From Patescibacteria group bacterium (GTDB lineage Bacteria; Patescibacteriota; Minisyncoccia; Phycocordibacterales; UBA12445), in the NCBI GenBank assembly GCA_003504275.1, contig DOAO01000008.1, positions 1 through 60,539 of the forward strand: DNA of 60,539 nt, read 5' to 3'. Made by a program: the position numbers and the translations under genes. Shown in pieces: positions 37,672 to 47,170 of this stretch (the stretch's first letter is position 1; every line of letters starts with the position of its first letter). The notes below the pieces were generated by a model. The model was not told where the DNA came from, searched no databases, and worked only from the letters and a program-made list of their open reading frames with translations.

Positions 37672-38085
37672 TTATATTTTTGATGGATTTATTGCCTCTC
37701 TTGCTAGACTTTCGGCAGGAGCTTCGTCGCTTTTGTCTTTATTGAATACGATCTCGATTGTCTGTGTTTTCTTTTTTCCTATTCTGTCTCTGGCTTCAAT
37801 AAAAATTGAGTTATATCCTTCAGCTAAAATAACCTTTTCTTTCAAATTTCCGGCAGTATCTGCGAATATTGGTCTGCCGTTTAGATACATATAGCTGATA
37901 TTTCTGACTTTACCTGTTATCTCTACTGTATTTTCTTTAGAGGAGAATCCGCTTTTGGGGCTATTTATTTCCACAATTGGTCCTCGTAATACTTCACTAG
38001 TTTCAAAATATGCATACGAAATAATAGCCAAGATTATCAGAGATATAATAGAAATTTTTAAATTGGCTCTTATTTTGTCTCGCAT
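37672..38085 (-). CDS. membrane-anchored Ig-like protein
   Basis: TM followed by GPIVEINSP..ITGKV..LAEGYN.I.IEARDRIG. Confidence 0.75.
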   Translation of the reverse strand: MRDKIRANLKISIISLIILAIISYAYFETSEVLRGPIVEINSPKSGFSSKENTVEITGKVRNISYMYLNGRPIFADTAGNLKEKVILAEGYNSIFIEARDRIGKKKTQTIEIVFNKDKSDEAPAESLAREAINPSKI

Positions 38086-38089
38086 TTTG

Positions 38090-38226
38090 AATTAAATTCT
38101 AAACACTAAATACTAAATTCTAAACAAATTTTAAAATTAAATTTTATAAATTCAAAACAAGTTTCAGATTTCATATTTTTGGATTTTGATATTATTTAGA
38201 AATTAGATTTTAGGAATTAGAAATTT
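38090..38226. repeat. degenerate heptamer tandem array with an inverted second half
   Basis: AAATTCT AAACACT AAATACT AAATTCT ... AGAAATT AGATTTT AGGAATT AGAAATT. Confidence 0.7.
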
Positions 38227-38254
38227 CCTGTTCTATTAACTTTCTACTTATTTC

Positions 38255-40654
38255 CTACATTACAAATTCTTCATCTTCTTCTGTTTTCTCGTTCTTAGAT
38301 GCTTCTTCTGCTCGTGCCATTGTAGATTCTAGATCATAGCCCTCATTATCTTCTTCCTCTGCTATTTCAGCGTTCTCGTATTCTTTTTCAAGAGCAGCTA
38401 CAGCTCCACCACCACCCATATTGTCGCCCTGTCTCATGTACACTTCTCTCGGTTTTGCTCCGTCACCTGGACCAATAACCCCTCTTTCTTCAAGCAGATC
38501 CATTATTCTAGCAGCTCTCGCGTATCCTAGTTTAAGTTTTCTTTGGAGTAGGGAAGCGGAAGCCTTCTGTGTGGACATGACTACTTTTTTGGCTTCATTA
38601 AAGATAGATTCATCATCATCTCCACCGAGACCGCTATCACCACCGAAGTCTACGGAGGCCATTGTGTCTCCTTCTTTAACCTCAGAAATGTTTATTTCTT
38701 CTGGTGCGTCATCTTGATGCCTCTCCTTGAGGAATTTTACAAGTTTCTTGATCTCGTTCTCTGTAATATATCCGGACTGGATTCTTATTGGTTTAGATGT
38801 TTCTCCTCCTATATATAGCATATCTCCCGCGCCGAGCAGTTTTTCTGCTCCTGGGGCATCCAAAATGGTTCTGGAGTCTATCTGAGAAGGTACTTGGAGA
38901 GCGATACGTGATGGAATGTTTGCTTTGATAAGTCCTGTGATTATTTCCACAGATGGTCTCTGTGTGGAAAGAATAAGATGAATACCGACAGCTCTAGACA
39001 TTTGAGCCAAGCGAACGATAGATGATTCAAGTTCTCTTGGGTACGCAGACATAATATCAGCTAACTCATCAATGACGATGACTATATACGGCATTGATTC
39101 CATTGAATTTTCGTCATCCTCAATTTCTTCAGAATTTTTTTTGCTTTCTTCAACCATCTTGTGATACGACTGGATGTCCTTTGCTGTCGCGGTCTCAAGG
39201 ATGTTATACCGTCTTTCCATTTCTTTAGCCGCCCACTTGAGTGCGAGTATGGCCTTCTTTGGATCTGTAATAACGCCGGTTAAGAGATGTTGTATGCCTT
39301 TATAAAGAGTAAGCTCGACTCTCTTTGGGTCTATCATTATGAATTTAACTTTTTCCGGAGGGTTTCTATAGAGCAGTGATGAAATAATTGCATGAATTGT
39401 GACTGACTTGCCGGAGCCTGTGGTACCTGCAATAAGCATGTGTGGTGCCTTGGAGAGATTGCTGTAATAAGGAATACCGGAGACTGTTCTACCTAATGCG
39501 AGATAGAGTGCGTGAGGTGATTCTTGGAATGATTGTGTATTAAACAAGGAGCCCATCCCGACAATTGATTTTAGCTTATTTGGGATTTCTATTCCTACCA
39601 GTGATTTTCCCGGGATAGGTGCTTCTATACGTAGGGGGTGTGCAGCAAGAGCAAGAGAGAGGTTGTCTTGGAGTGTAACGATTCTTGAAATTTTAATTCC
39701 CTCTGCGGGCTTCATCGCATATCTGGTTACAGATGGTCCAATAGATATTTCATCCATCTCTACATCTATACCAAATGTTCCAAGCGTTCTCTTGATGACA
39801 TTTGCATTTGCTTTGATGTCGCCGACATTTGGCTTACCGGAATCCTTCTCAAAAATTGATAGGGGAGGGGGGACGAAAACCTGATTCTTTGATCTGATTA
39901 TTGCGATACCGGATGCGATGAAATCATCTACCTTGTCGGAGATTTTTATTTTTTTGTTTTTGTCTTCGGTTGGTTTTGTCTGTGCTTTTGATTCCTCTTT
40001 TTTCTTTGCATCTATGTCCTCGGTAATCTTTGTATTTGAAACTGCCTCCTCTATATCTTCATTGTCATCCTCTTCTTCATCATCACTTAAACTTTCATCT
40101 TTTCCCCATAGTCTTTTTCCAAATAAATATGGCTCCAAAGAAATTCTTGATTCAAAAATTATAAGTGTTGAAATCGTGGCAATGGCACCGAGCGCGATGA
40201 TGGAAAGAGTGCTTTCAAAAAGTTTAAGGAATGGAACAGAAACAAGATAGCCGATAGACCCGCCGGTAATATCTCCGAATGTTCTTTGTCTAAAAATAAT
40301 ATCAGTTAGGGCTAGTGTTGATATTAAGAATAATATTCCTCCGCCAAGAGTTACGGATACTAGTTTTGGTTTAACCGCCTTCATAAATGACATTCCAAGA
40401 AGGAAAGACATTATCGGAAATAGGAAATATCCGGTACCAAAAAGATTACCAAGAAGACCATACGTGAAGTCACCTGCAATACCCGCAGTATTGTAATAAG
40501 AGAGAACGAGAAACGCCGAAAGTACCCAAAATGCAATGGCTAGAATACCATGCTTTGTTTCGTCTTTCATTGTAAGAACGATATCTTTCTCCTCCTTTCC
40601 CGAGTGTTTTGAAAGGACATTCTTTTTCTTGTTTTTCTGTTCTTTTTTTGCCAT
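38255..40654 (-). CDS. ftsK: DNA translocase FtsK/SpoIIIE
   Basis: N-terminal TM domain, RIEAPIPGK, AGTTGSGKS, IDELAD, TQRPS, gamma domain SASLLQRKLKLGYARAAR. Confidence 0.98.
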   Translation of the reverse strand: MAKKEQKNKKKNVLSKHSGKEEKDIVLTMKDETKHGILAIAFWVLSAFLVLSYYNTAGIAGDFTYGLLGNLFGTGYFLFPIMSFLLGMSFMKAVKPKLVSVTLGGGILFLISTLALTDIIFRQRTFGDITGGSIGYLVSVPFLKLFESTLSIIALGAIATISTLIIFESRISLEPYLFGKRLWGKDESLSDDEEEDDNEDIEEAVSNTKITEDIDAKKKEESKAQTKPTEDKNKKIKISDKVDDFIASGIAIIRSKNQVFVPPPLSIFEKDSGKPNVGDIKANANVIKRTLGTFGIDVEMDEISIGPSVTRYAMKPAEGIKISRIVTLQDNLSLALAAHPLRIEAPIPGKSLVGIEIPNKLKSIVGMGSLFNTQSFQESPHALYLALGRTVSGIPYYSNLSKAPHMLIAGTTGSGKSVTIHAIISSLLYRNPPEKVKFIMIDPKRVELTLYKGIQHLLTGVITDPKKAILALKWAAKEMERRYNILETATAKDIQSYHKMVEESKKNSEEIEDDENSMESMPYIVIVIDELADIMSAYPRELESSIVRLAQMSRAVGIHLILSTQRPSVEIITGLIKANIPSRIALQVPSQIDSRTILDAPGAEKLLGAGDMLYIGGETSKPIRIQSGYITENEIKKLVKFLKERHQDDAPEEINISEVKEGDTMASVDFGGDSGLGGDDDESIFNEAKKVVMSTQKASASLLQRKLKLGYARAARIMDLLEERGVIGPGDGAKPREVYMRQGDNMGGGGAVAALEKEYENAEIAEEEDNEGYDLESTMARAEEASKNEKTEEDEEFVM

Positions 40655-40708
40655 TTATCTTATAAAATTTTAAAGCAATTGATTAATAATTTTACTACCT
40701 CTCCCGCC

Positions 40709-40785
40709 GTCATTGCGAGGCGAGGTGTCTTAACCGAGCCGTGGCCGTCTACAGGTGTCGACGACGATTCCGTCGACCAATCCAG
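40709..40785. repeat. family A REP interrupted by a family B element
   Basis: ...CCGTGG[CCGTCTACAGGTGTCGACGACGATTCCGTCGAC]CAATCCAG. Confidence 0.85.
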
Positions 40786-40888
40786 TGTGATATTGAAATA
40801 AATTTTCAGTAACCAATACATTTAATTATACTTCAATGTCTTTTATTTTACTAGAACATTTTACGGCTCAATTAAAAGATTTTTTGTC

Positions 40889-41964
40889 TATTGGACATTT
40901 ATAAATGTCCGATATATACTAGCCTAAAGGACAAAAAATTTTATCAACATTTTTTAAATTCTATCGGACAAAATGAACGACGATATAGGACATTCTATAG
41001 GACACGAATCTGGATCCATAAAGGACAATAGTAGCGTTGCATTAAGAGAGGGTCTCTCTAGAAACATTAGCGCCTTTTTGATAAGTGATATTCTGGCTGT
41101 TGCTAATTTAAAAATAGAGAAACTTGCTTCTGCTGTCTATTTAGTATCAGGGCTTCTATCGGACAATGAACCCATTAAATGGAGTATTCGAAAATCAGCG
41201 ACAGATATTCTATCGGACATTAATTATGAGATAACGGTTGACGTCTCGAAATCTAACGGACACAGATGTCCTATAGAAAATATTTCTTCCAAGATATTTC
41301 AAATAACTTCCACACTTAGAGTTGCTTGGATTGGCGGACTTGTATCCAAGATGAATTATGAAATTTTAACTTCCGAATATATTAAACTGAACGATTTTTT
41401 GATAAAAAATTTTAGAGTCAACGAAGAACAAAAACAGGTTATTAAAGAAAGCTTTTTTGATTCCAAAGAAATTACTTCAATGGAGGATAAAATAAATTCT
41501 AGAGTCGTAGAAAAAAAATATTTAGGAGAAGAGTTTTTAATCTCTAATATATCAGAAGAGGAAAGAGAACCGCAATTATACTCTAATCGAAATTTTATAA
41601 AGGACATTTCTTCTAAAGGACATCTATCGGACAAGAAAGATTTTGTCCTTAAGAATATTGCGATGAGTTCTGTCTCAAAAACGAGATCCCTTGCAGATAT
41701 CGTTTCCGGATCGGTGTCCGATAGAAATAAGAGAGAGAGACATGAAAAAATACTCTCAGCAATGTCTCCAGGTATTAGTTATTCTGTATCAGAAATAATA
41801 GGCGTAATAGGCAAAAGTCCTGATACGAGCGAGAAGACCATTCAGAGAGATTTGCAGTTATTGGTCTCTATGAAACGACTCAAAAAGACAGGGGAGAGGA
41901 GGTGGAGTCGTTACTCTTTGTCCTAAAGAAATTAAGATAGATTTATCTTAAAAAATGTCCTATA
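40889..41964. promoter_or_regulatory. dense array of TAWMGGACA sites around and inside the wHTH gene
   Basis: 15 exact copies on both strands plus near matches; includes the perfect palindrome GGACATTTATAAATGTCC at 40893-40910. Confidence 0.8.
40973..41926 (+). CDS. DNA-binding protein: helical N-terminal domain, low-complexity linker, C-terminal DeoR-like winged helix
   Basis: C-terminus SVSEII..SEKTIQRDLQLLV..LKKTGERRWSRY; N-terminal EKLASAVYLVS..EPIKWSIRK. Confidence 0.75.
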   Translation: MNDDIGHSIGHESGSIKDNSSVALREGLSRNISAFLISDILAVANLKIEKLASAVYLVSGLLSDNEPIKWSIRKSATDILSDINYEITVDVSKSNGHRCPIENISSKIFQITSTLRVAWIGGLVSKMNYEILTSEYIKLNDFLIKNFRVNEEQKQVIKESFFDSKEITSMEDKINSRVVEKKYLGEEFLISNISEEEREPQLYSNRNFIKDISSKGHLSDKKDFVLKNIAMSSVSKTRSLADIVSGSVSDRNKRERHEKILSAMSPGISYSVSEIIGVIGKSPDTSEKTIQRDLQLLVSMKRLKKTGERRWSRYSLS

Positions 41965-42240
41965 CGACACACAAGCGTTGCCCCCCCATTGTCACTGTTT
42001 CCATTGATTTTTATTAAAAAGATGATGAAATATTTGACCTTGAAAAGATGTTAATTGTCTGATTTCACACCCTGCTCTTGATGACATTCTTGATATTTTA
42101 TTCGTTGTTTTTTGATTTGAGGTAAATGCCCTTAATTTCAACCATGCTTATTGCTTTTTAGCCTACAAAATGCTAATATTCTCCTAACCACTTTTGGTCC
42201 ATTTCGACCTTATTTAATAAGGGTTAAACAACGAAATGAG

Positions 42241-42286
42241 TTATCCACAAGTGGATTTTGCGGAATTGATCAATAAAGAATATACT
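42241..42286 (+). promoter_or_regulatory. DnaA box followed by a sigma70 promoter for the S-layer-like gene
   Basis: TTATCCACA at 42241-42249; TTGCGG-17-TATACT at 42258-42286. Confidence 0.55.
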
Positions 42287-42650
42287 TAATTTAAATGCGA
42301 AGTGCCGTCGTGCGCTTTGTGTTTGGTACCACAGGGGTACAGTATATTGGTCGATTAAGAATGGTCATTGATAATTGAATACTTGATGTTCGCTCAATGA
42401 TGTTCTAGACGTTTCAAATTAGAAGTGGACTTTTCCGCAGTCTTACTGTCGTGTGGGAGTTTGTGCTCCTATATATAGGAGGATTGTGTTGATTAGTAGA
42501 GTTAATTAATTTGCGCAGGGGAATTAGTGATAGAGTCGAAATCTATTATCCTCTACGTAAGACAATTTTGTTTGAAGATTTAGAATAATTCCCTTAAAGG
42601 GAAATTATCTGGATTAAGAACGAGATTGTAATTATAAAAATTATAAAAAA

Positions 42651-45600
42651 ATGAATTTTAAGAAAACAAAAATCGCTATAGTCGGTGCTGTTACAGCTCT
42701 TGCTATGGCAGGTGGAGTTGCCGTTCTCCCAGCTTTCGCTGCGGATGACGTAGCCGCTCAAATCGCCACGCTTATGGCACAGATTCAGATGTTGCAGGCT
42801 AAGCTCGCCGATAGTCAGACAACAACATCTTCTTCTGCTGTTTCTTACAACTTTGCCACAGACCTTAAATTAGGTTCAACTGGCTCTGATGTAATGAATC
42901 TTCAGAAAGCTCTCAATGCTGATGTTGCAACTCAGGTTGCTGCTTCAGGTATTGGATCAGCCGGAAATGAGTCATCATACTTCGGTGGTCTTACAAAGGC
43001 AGCCGTTATGAAATTCCAGGCTAAATATGGGATTTCTCCTGTCGCCGGTTATTTTGGACCGCTTACAAGATCTAAGTTGAACTCGATGTCATCCGCAGTG
43101 ACGACAACGACAACAACTACAACGACAACAACAACTCCTACACCAGGAGTCGCCGGAACATTAGTTGTTACAGCAGCTGCTCAACAGCCTGCTAACGCTC
43201 TTGCTCCTTTGAATGGTACAAGAATTCCATTTACAAGGTTCACAGTTACAGCTGGTGCTACAGATGTTCCTGTATCCAGCATAACAGTTGAGAGAACAGG
43301 TACTTCTGTTGACTCTGCTTTGGACTCAATCGTTCTTATGGATGAGAATGGTGACCAAATCGGTATCTCAAAGACACTTAACTCTTCACACAGAGCTACT
43401 GTAGGTGATCCTATCGTTGTAAAGGCTGGTACATCCAGAACTTTCACAGTAGGAGCTAACAGACCAGCACTTGCTGTTGCTAACACAGGAGGTACAATTG
43501 TTTCCCTCGATGTTGTTGGTATCAACACAACTGCTTCTGTTGTCGGTGATGCTGTTATCAAAGGTGCTGTTCACACAATTAACGACAACTTGGTAATAGG
43601 AACCGTTACAATGACAAGAGGTGGTATTGATCCAGGATCAAGCCAGACAAAAGAAATTGGTTCTGTTGGTTACACATTCTCATCTGTAAAAGTTACAGCT
43701 GGTTCAGCTGAAGCTATTACACTTAAGTCTGTAAGATGGAATCAGATTGGTTCAGCAGGTATTGCTGATATGGCTAATTTGAAGACATACGTTGACGGTG
43801 TTGCTTATGACGCAGTTACAACAGATGGTGGTAAGTACTACACTTCTACTTTTGGTAACGGCATCATGATTGATAAAGGTTTCTCAAAAGATATCTCTAT
43901 CAAGGGTGACATAGTTGGTGGTTCTTCAAGAACAATCGCTTTTGATATCGCAAAGAGAACAGATATCAATATGGTTGGTAATGTATACGGATACGGCATA
44001 CTCGCTCCTCAGACATCAAGCTGTACAAGTGATACAACTTCCGTTTCATGTTTCAGATCTGTTGAAGATCCATGGTACAGAGGTGCAACTGTAACCATGT
44101 CAAATGGTACAATGACAGTAAGCGCTGATAGTACAATAGCTTCTCAGAACGTTGCTATTAACTTGGCTAATCAGACATTGGGTGGTTGGTCAGTAGAGGT
44201 AAGAGGTGAGCCTATCTCCGTTGCTAAGATGATATTTAATGTCATGGCAGCTGGAAATGAGGTTCAGGACATCACAAACATTGTATTGGCCGACCAGAAC
44301 GGTTCCGTTCTCGCTGGACCAGTTGATGGTGTTGGTGCCGCTGTAACAGGTACTGTTACCTTCACAGATTCAGTAACATTCCCAGCTGGTATTACAAAGC
44401 TTGTTTTGAAAGGTAAACTTTCAAACGACTTTGCAACCAACGATACAATTGCCGCTTCTACAACCCCTGCAACACAGTGGACAACTGTTAGAGGTCAGGT
44501 TACTGGTAACTCAATAACAGCTGCTCCAGCTTCAGCTTTGTCAGGAAACACAATGACAGTAAAGGCAGGTGCCCTTGCTATCAGCGTTTCTACACAGCCT
44601 GTAGCTCAGACAGTTATCTCTGGTGCAAATCAGTTTGAATTTGCAAGATACGTCCTTGATGCCGGTCAGTCCGGAGAGGATATAAGATTAACATCTTTTA
44701 TAGCTAGTACGTCAGTTTCTGGTGCATCAGCTACTATTACAAGCATCACAAACTGTCAGCTTTATGATGGTTCTACATCAGTTACAACAGGAGGAAACGT
44801 AAAGAATCCTTCAGCTGTAGGTGATCAGACATTCACATTTGATGGTTCAGGTTTTACAGTTCCAAAGGGAACATCAAAGACTTTGTCCCTCAAGTGTAAC
44901 GTTGCTTCAGGTGTTGAGGGTACAATAATCTGGGGTATGAATGATAATGACGCAACATACTCAGCCGCTTCAGGACTTTCAAGTGGTCAGACAATAGTAA
45001 CAGTAATGACAGCTTCAAATGGTCAGAATATGACATTGGCTGCCGCTGGTTCATACGCTGTCTCCGCTGATAGTTCATCAGCTTATAACTACAGAGCAGT
45101 AAGAGCTGGTTCAGAAGTTAATTTGGGTGCTCTTAGATTTACAGCTTCTTTGAATGAGGATATTACTTTGAGACAAGTTGCTCTTGCTCTCGGAAATACA
45201 GCCTCAAACTCACCAGCTGATTTGGAGGGTCTTCAGGTAACATTGTGGGATGGAGCAACACAGGTTGGTGTCGCTCAGTTCACAACATCTGATTACGCTA
45301 CATCTACATTGACATCTACTGTTACAATTACTAAGGGATCAACAAAGACCCTTGTTATTAAAGGAGTTTTGGCTAGACAGGATGCTGTAAATGGAACACC
45401 TGGCGCATTCTTAGCTGTAAACTATGATGGAGATAACAACGGATTGAATGGTAACTACGCTACTGGTGTAGCTTCAGGTGCCACAATTTCTGGAACATCT
45501 GCTGATATTACAACTAATGGTGTTAGAATCTTTGCTACAGTTCCAACAATTACTGTAACAACACCATCTTCAAACACTGGTTTATCTTCAGGAAAGGTTA

Positions 45601-46118
45601 TCTACTCCTTTACTGTCAATAATAGCCTAGGAGAAAGAGACATTGCTTTGAAGGAAGTTGGCTTCACAGTAGCAACCTCAGGAGGAGCTGTTGCTACAGG
45701 TTTCACTCTTAGAGATACTAGTGGAAACGTAGCCAATGCCGCAGCTGTTGATGCAGCCACAGGTCCATTGTCAATAGTATTTGACGCTACATCTGAGGCT
45801 AAGAGAGTACCTGCTGGAACAACAAAGACATATGAATTGACCGTTGGTTCAGTAACAAATCCAAGCACAACAGTTATTGATCAGTTGATTATCAACATGG
45901 AGGCTGACGCTGCATACCCATCTCTTGCAACTCTTATGGGAACATATGCTGAGGTTGCTACAAGCAATTTCATCTGGTCTCCGATGTCAACAACATCATT
46001 GCAGGCTAATACTGCCGAGTCAGAAGGTAATCGTGATTGGACAAATGGTTATGGCCTACCTGGATTCCCAGGAGTTGGTCAGGACTTCCCAATCGTTTCT
46101 TGGCAGTCAGCAAACTAA
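42651..46118 (+). CDS. large secreted S-layer-like protein with an N-terminal peptidoglycan-binding-like domain
   Basis: Signal peptide (AFA), LKLGSTGSDV..LQK..YFGGLTKAAVMKFQ, poly-Thr linker, Thr/Ala/Ser/Val-rich repeats, strongly biased codons. Confidence 0.8.
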   Translation: MNFKKTKIAIVGAVTALAMAGGVAVLPAFAADDVAAQIATLMAQIQMLQAKLADSQTTTSSSAVSYNFATDLKLGSTGSDVMNLQKALNADVATQVAASGIGSAGNESSYFGGLTKAAVMKFQAKYGISPVAGYFGPLTRSKLNSMSSAVTTTTTTTTTTTTPTPGVAGTLVVTAAAQQPANALAPLNGTRIPFTRFTVTAGATDVPVSSITVERTGTSVDSALDSIVLMDENGDQIGISKTLNSSHRATVGDPIVVKAGTSRTFTVGANRPALAVANTGGTIVSLDVVGINTTASVVGDAVIKGAVHTINDNLVIGTVTMTRGGIDPGSSQTKEIGSVGYTFSSVKVTAGSAEAITLKSVRWNQIGSAGIADMANLKTYVDGVAYDAVTTDGGKYYTSTFGNGIMIDKGFSKDISIKGDIVGGSSRTIAFDIAKRTDINMVGNVYGYGILAPQTSSCTSDTTSVSCFRSVEDPWYRGATVTMSNGTMTVSADSTIASQNVAINLANQTLGGWSVEVRGEPISVAKMIFNVMAAGNEVQDITNIVLADQNGSVLAGPVDGVGAAVTGTVTFTDSVTFPAGITKLVLKGKLSNDFATNDTIAASTTPATQWTTVRGQVTGNSITAAPASALSGNTMTVKAGALAISVSTQPVAQTVISGANQFEFARYVLDAGQSGEDIRLTSFIASTSVSGASATITSITNCQLYDGSTSVTTGGNVKNPSAVGDQTFTFDGSGFTVPKGTSKTLSLKCNVASGVEGTIIWGMNDNDATYSAASGLSSGQTIVTVMTASNGQNMTLAAAGSYAVSADSSSAYNYRAVRAGSEVNLGALRFTASLNEDITLRQVALALGNTASNSPADLEGLQVTLWDGATQVGVAQFTTSDYATSTLTSTVTITKGSTKTLVIKGVLARQDAVNGTPGAFLAVNYDGDNNGLNGNYATGVASGATISGTSADITTNGVRIFATVPTITVTTPSSNTGLSSGKVIYSFTVNNSLGERDIALKEVGFTVATSGGAVATGFTLRDTSGNVANAAAVDAATGPLSIVFDATSEAKRVPAGTTKTYELTVGSVTNPSTTVIDQLIINMEADAAYPSLATLMGTYAEVATSNFIWSPMSTTSLQANTAESEGNRDWTNGYGLPGFPGVGQDFPIVSWQSAN

Positions 46119-46173
46119 TAGCTTAACTTGTGCTCCAATTCTTGGTAACGAGATTTGGATGAGCTAAAACCAC

Positions 46174-46202
46174 AAACCCCCAACCGTAAGGTTGGGGGTT
46201 TT
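46174..46202 (+). terminator. intrinsic terminator
   Basis: AAACCCCCAACC-GTAA-GGTTGGGGGTTTT. Confidence 0.85.
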
Positions 46203-46236
46203 GGTTTGGGCTTATCTATTTATTTGGTGACGTAGG

Positions 46237-46270
46237 CAGTCTACAGGTGTCGATGTAAATCCCATAGACC
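46237..46270 (+). repeat. family B element, degenerate
   Basis: CAGTCTACAGGTGTCGATGTAAATCCCATAGACC. Confidence 0.65.
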
Positions 46271-46413
46271 GCTTCGCAGAATAAACTAAAATTTCAGATG
46301 GGTTTTTGTTGAACTTCTAACTAGGATTTGTTTTTTATAAAACCCCGAGAATAACTCTCGGGGTTTTTAGTTTACTTTTTGTTCTCTTTAGACTAAACTT
46401 TTACCATTGCGCC

Positions 46414-46442
46414 GTCATTGCGAGAGGAGCGCGGCAATCCAG
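46414..46442. repeat. family A REP, minimal copy
   Basis: GTCATTGCGAGAGGAGCGCGGCAATCCAG. Confidence 0.75.
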
Positions 46443-46478
46443 ATTTTATTTATTTAAATTTTAAGTATTCTCAAATAT

Positions 46479-47159
46479 ATGAAAAAAGTATTATATATAT
46501 TGATTTTATCTGCATTTATTGCCTCGGTTTCTCTTTTGGCTTATGAATATTTATATCCTGAAGAAACAGTGGAAATAATTGAAAATGAATCAGAAATAAC
46601 TACATCATCAACGGAAGGCATTATTAATTTAGGAGGTGGGGTTATGGTAGAAATGATTGATTCTGTCGTGTCCACGACAACTTTAGCAAAATTGAATATG
46701 ACCACCCTTGATAGACCGATTGTTGATCCAAGAAATGTTTCTCTGGAATCTTTTAAGAAAAACGAGGCTTCTGTAAGTGCTATAATTTCTTCTCTAAAAG
46801 AGAAACCAGAGTCTTTTGATAAATGGATGGAACTGGGAACCTATCGAAAGATTTTTGTAGATTATACTGGTGCCAAAGAAGCCTGGGAAAATGCGCTGAT
46901 ATTAAAGCCTAAAAATCCTCTCGCATTATCTAATTTAGGTAATTTGTACGGTTATTATATTAAAGACAACGTTAAGGCTGAGGAGTACTATCTAGCATCC
47001 ATAAAGTCTGATCCAACTTCCGGATTTTGGTATTATCAAGCATTTCTATTTTATACAGAAGTTATGAACGATAAAGTTAGTGCCAAGAATATAGTTTCAG
47101 AAGGGTTAAAAAATAACCCCAACGACTTGGAGCTCGAAAATATACTTAATTCTTTGTAA
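46479..47159 (+). CDS. membrane-anchored TPR protein
   Basis: N-terminal TM; WMELG..AKEAWENALILKPKN..ALSNLGNLY..AEEYY TPR pattern. Confidence 0.85.
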   Translation: MKKVLYILILSAFIASVSLLAYEYLYPEETVEIIENESEITTSSTEGIINLGGGVMVEMIDSVVSTTTLAKLNMTTLDRPIVDPRNVSLESFKKNEASVSAIISSLKEKPESFDKWMELGTYRKIFVDYTGAKEAWENALILKPKNPLALSNLGNLYGYYIKDNVKAEEYYLASIKSDPTSGFWYYQAFLFYTEVMNDKVSAKNIVSEGLKNNPNDLELENILNSL

Positions 47160-47170
47160 TTTTTTAACTT

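Noticed and set aside
40973-41926. Diversity-generating retroelement (Avd-like N-terminus)
   Set aside because: No reverse transcriptase and no repeat pair with adenine-specific mismatches in the window.
41930-42650. oriC in the long intergenic region
   Set aside because: Only one perfect DnaA box, no dnaA/dnaN nearby, and gene orientation bias does not switch here.
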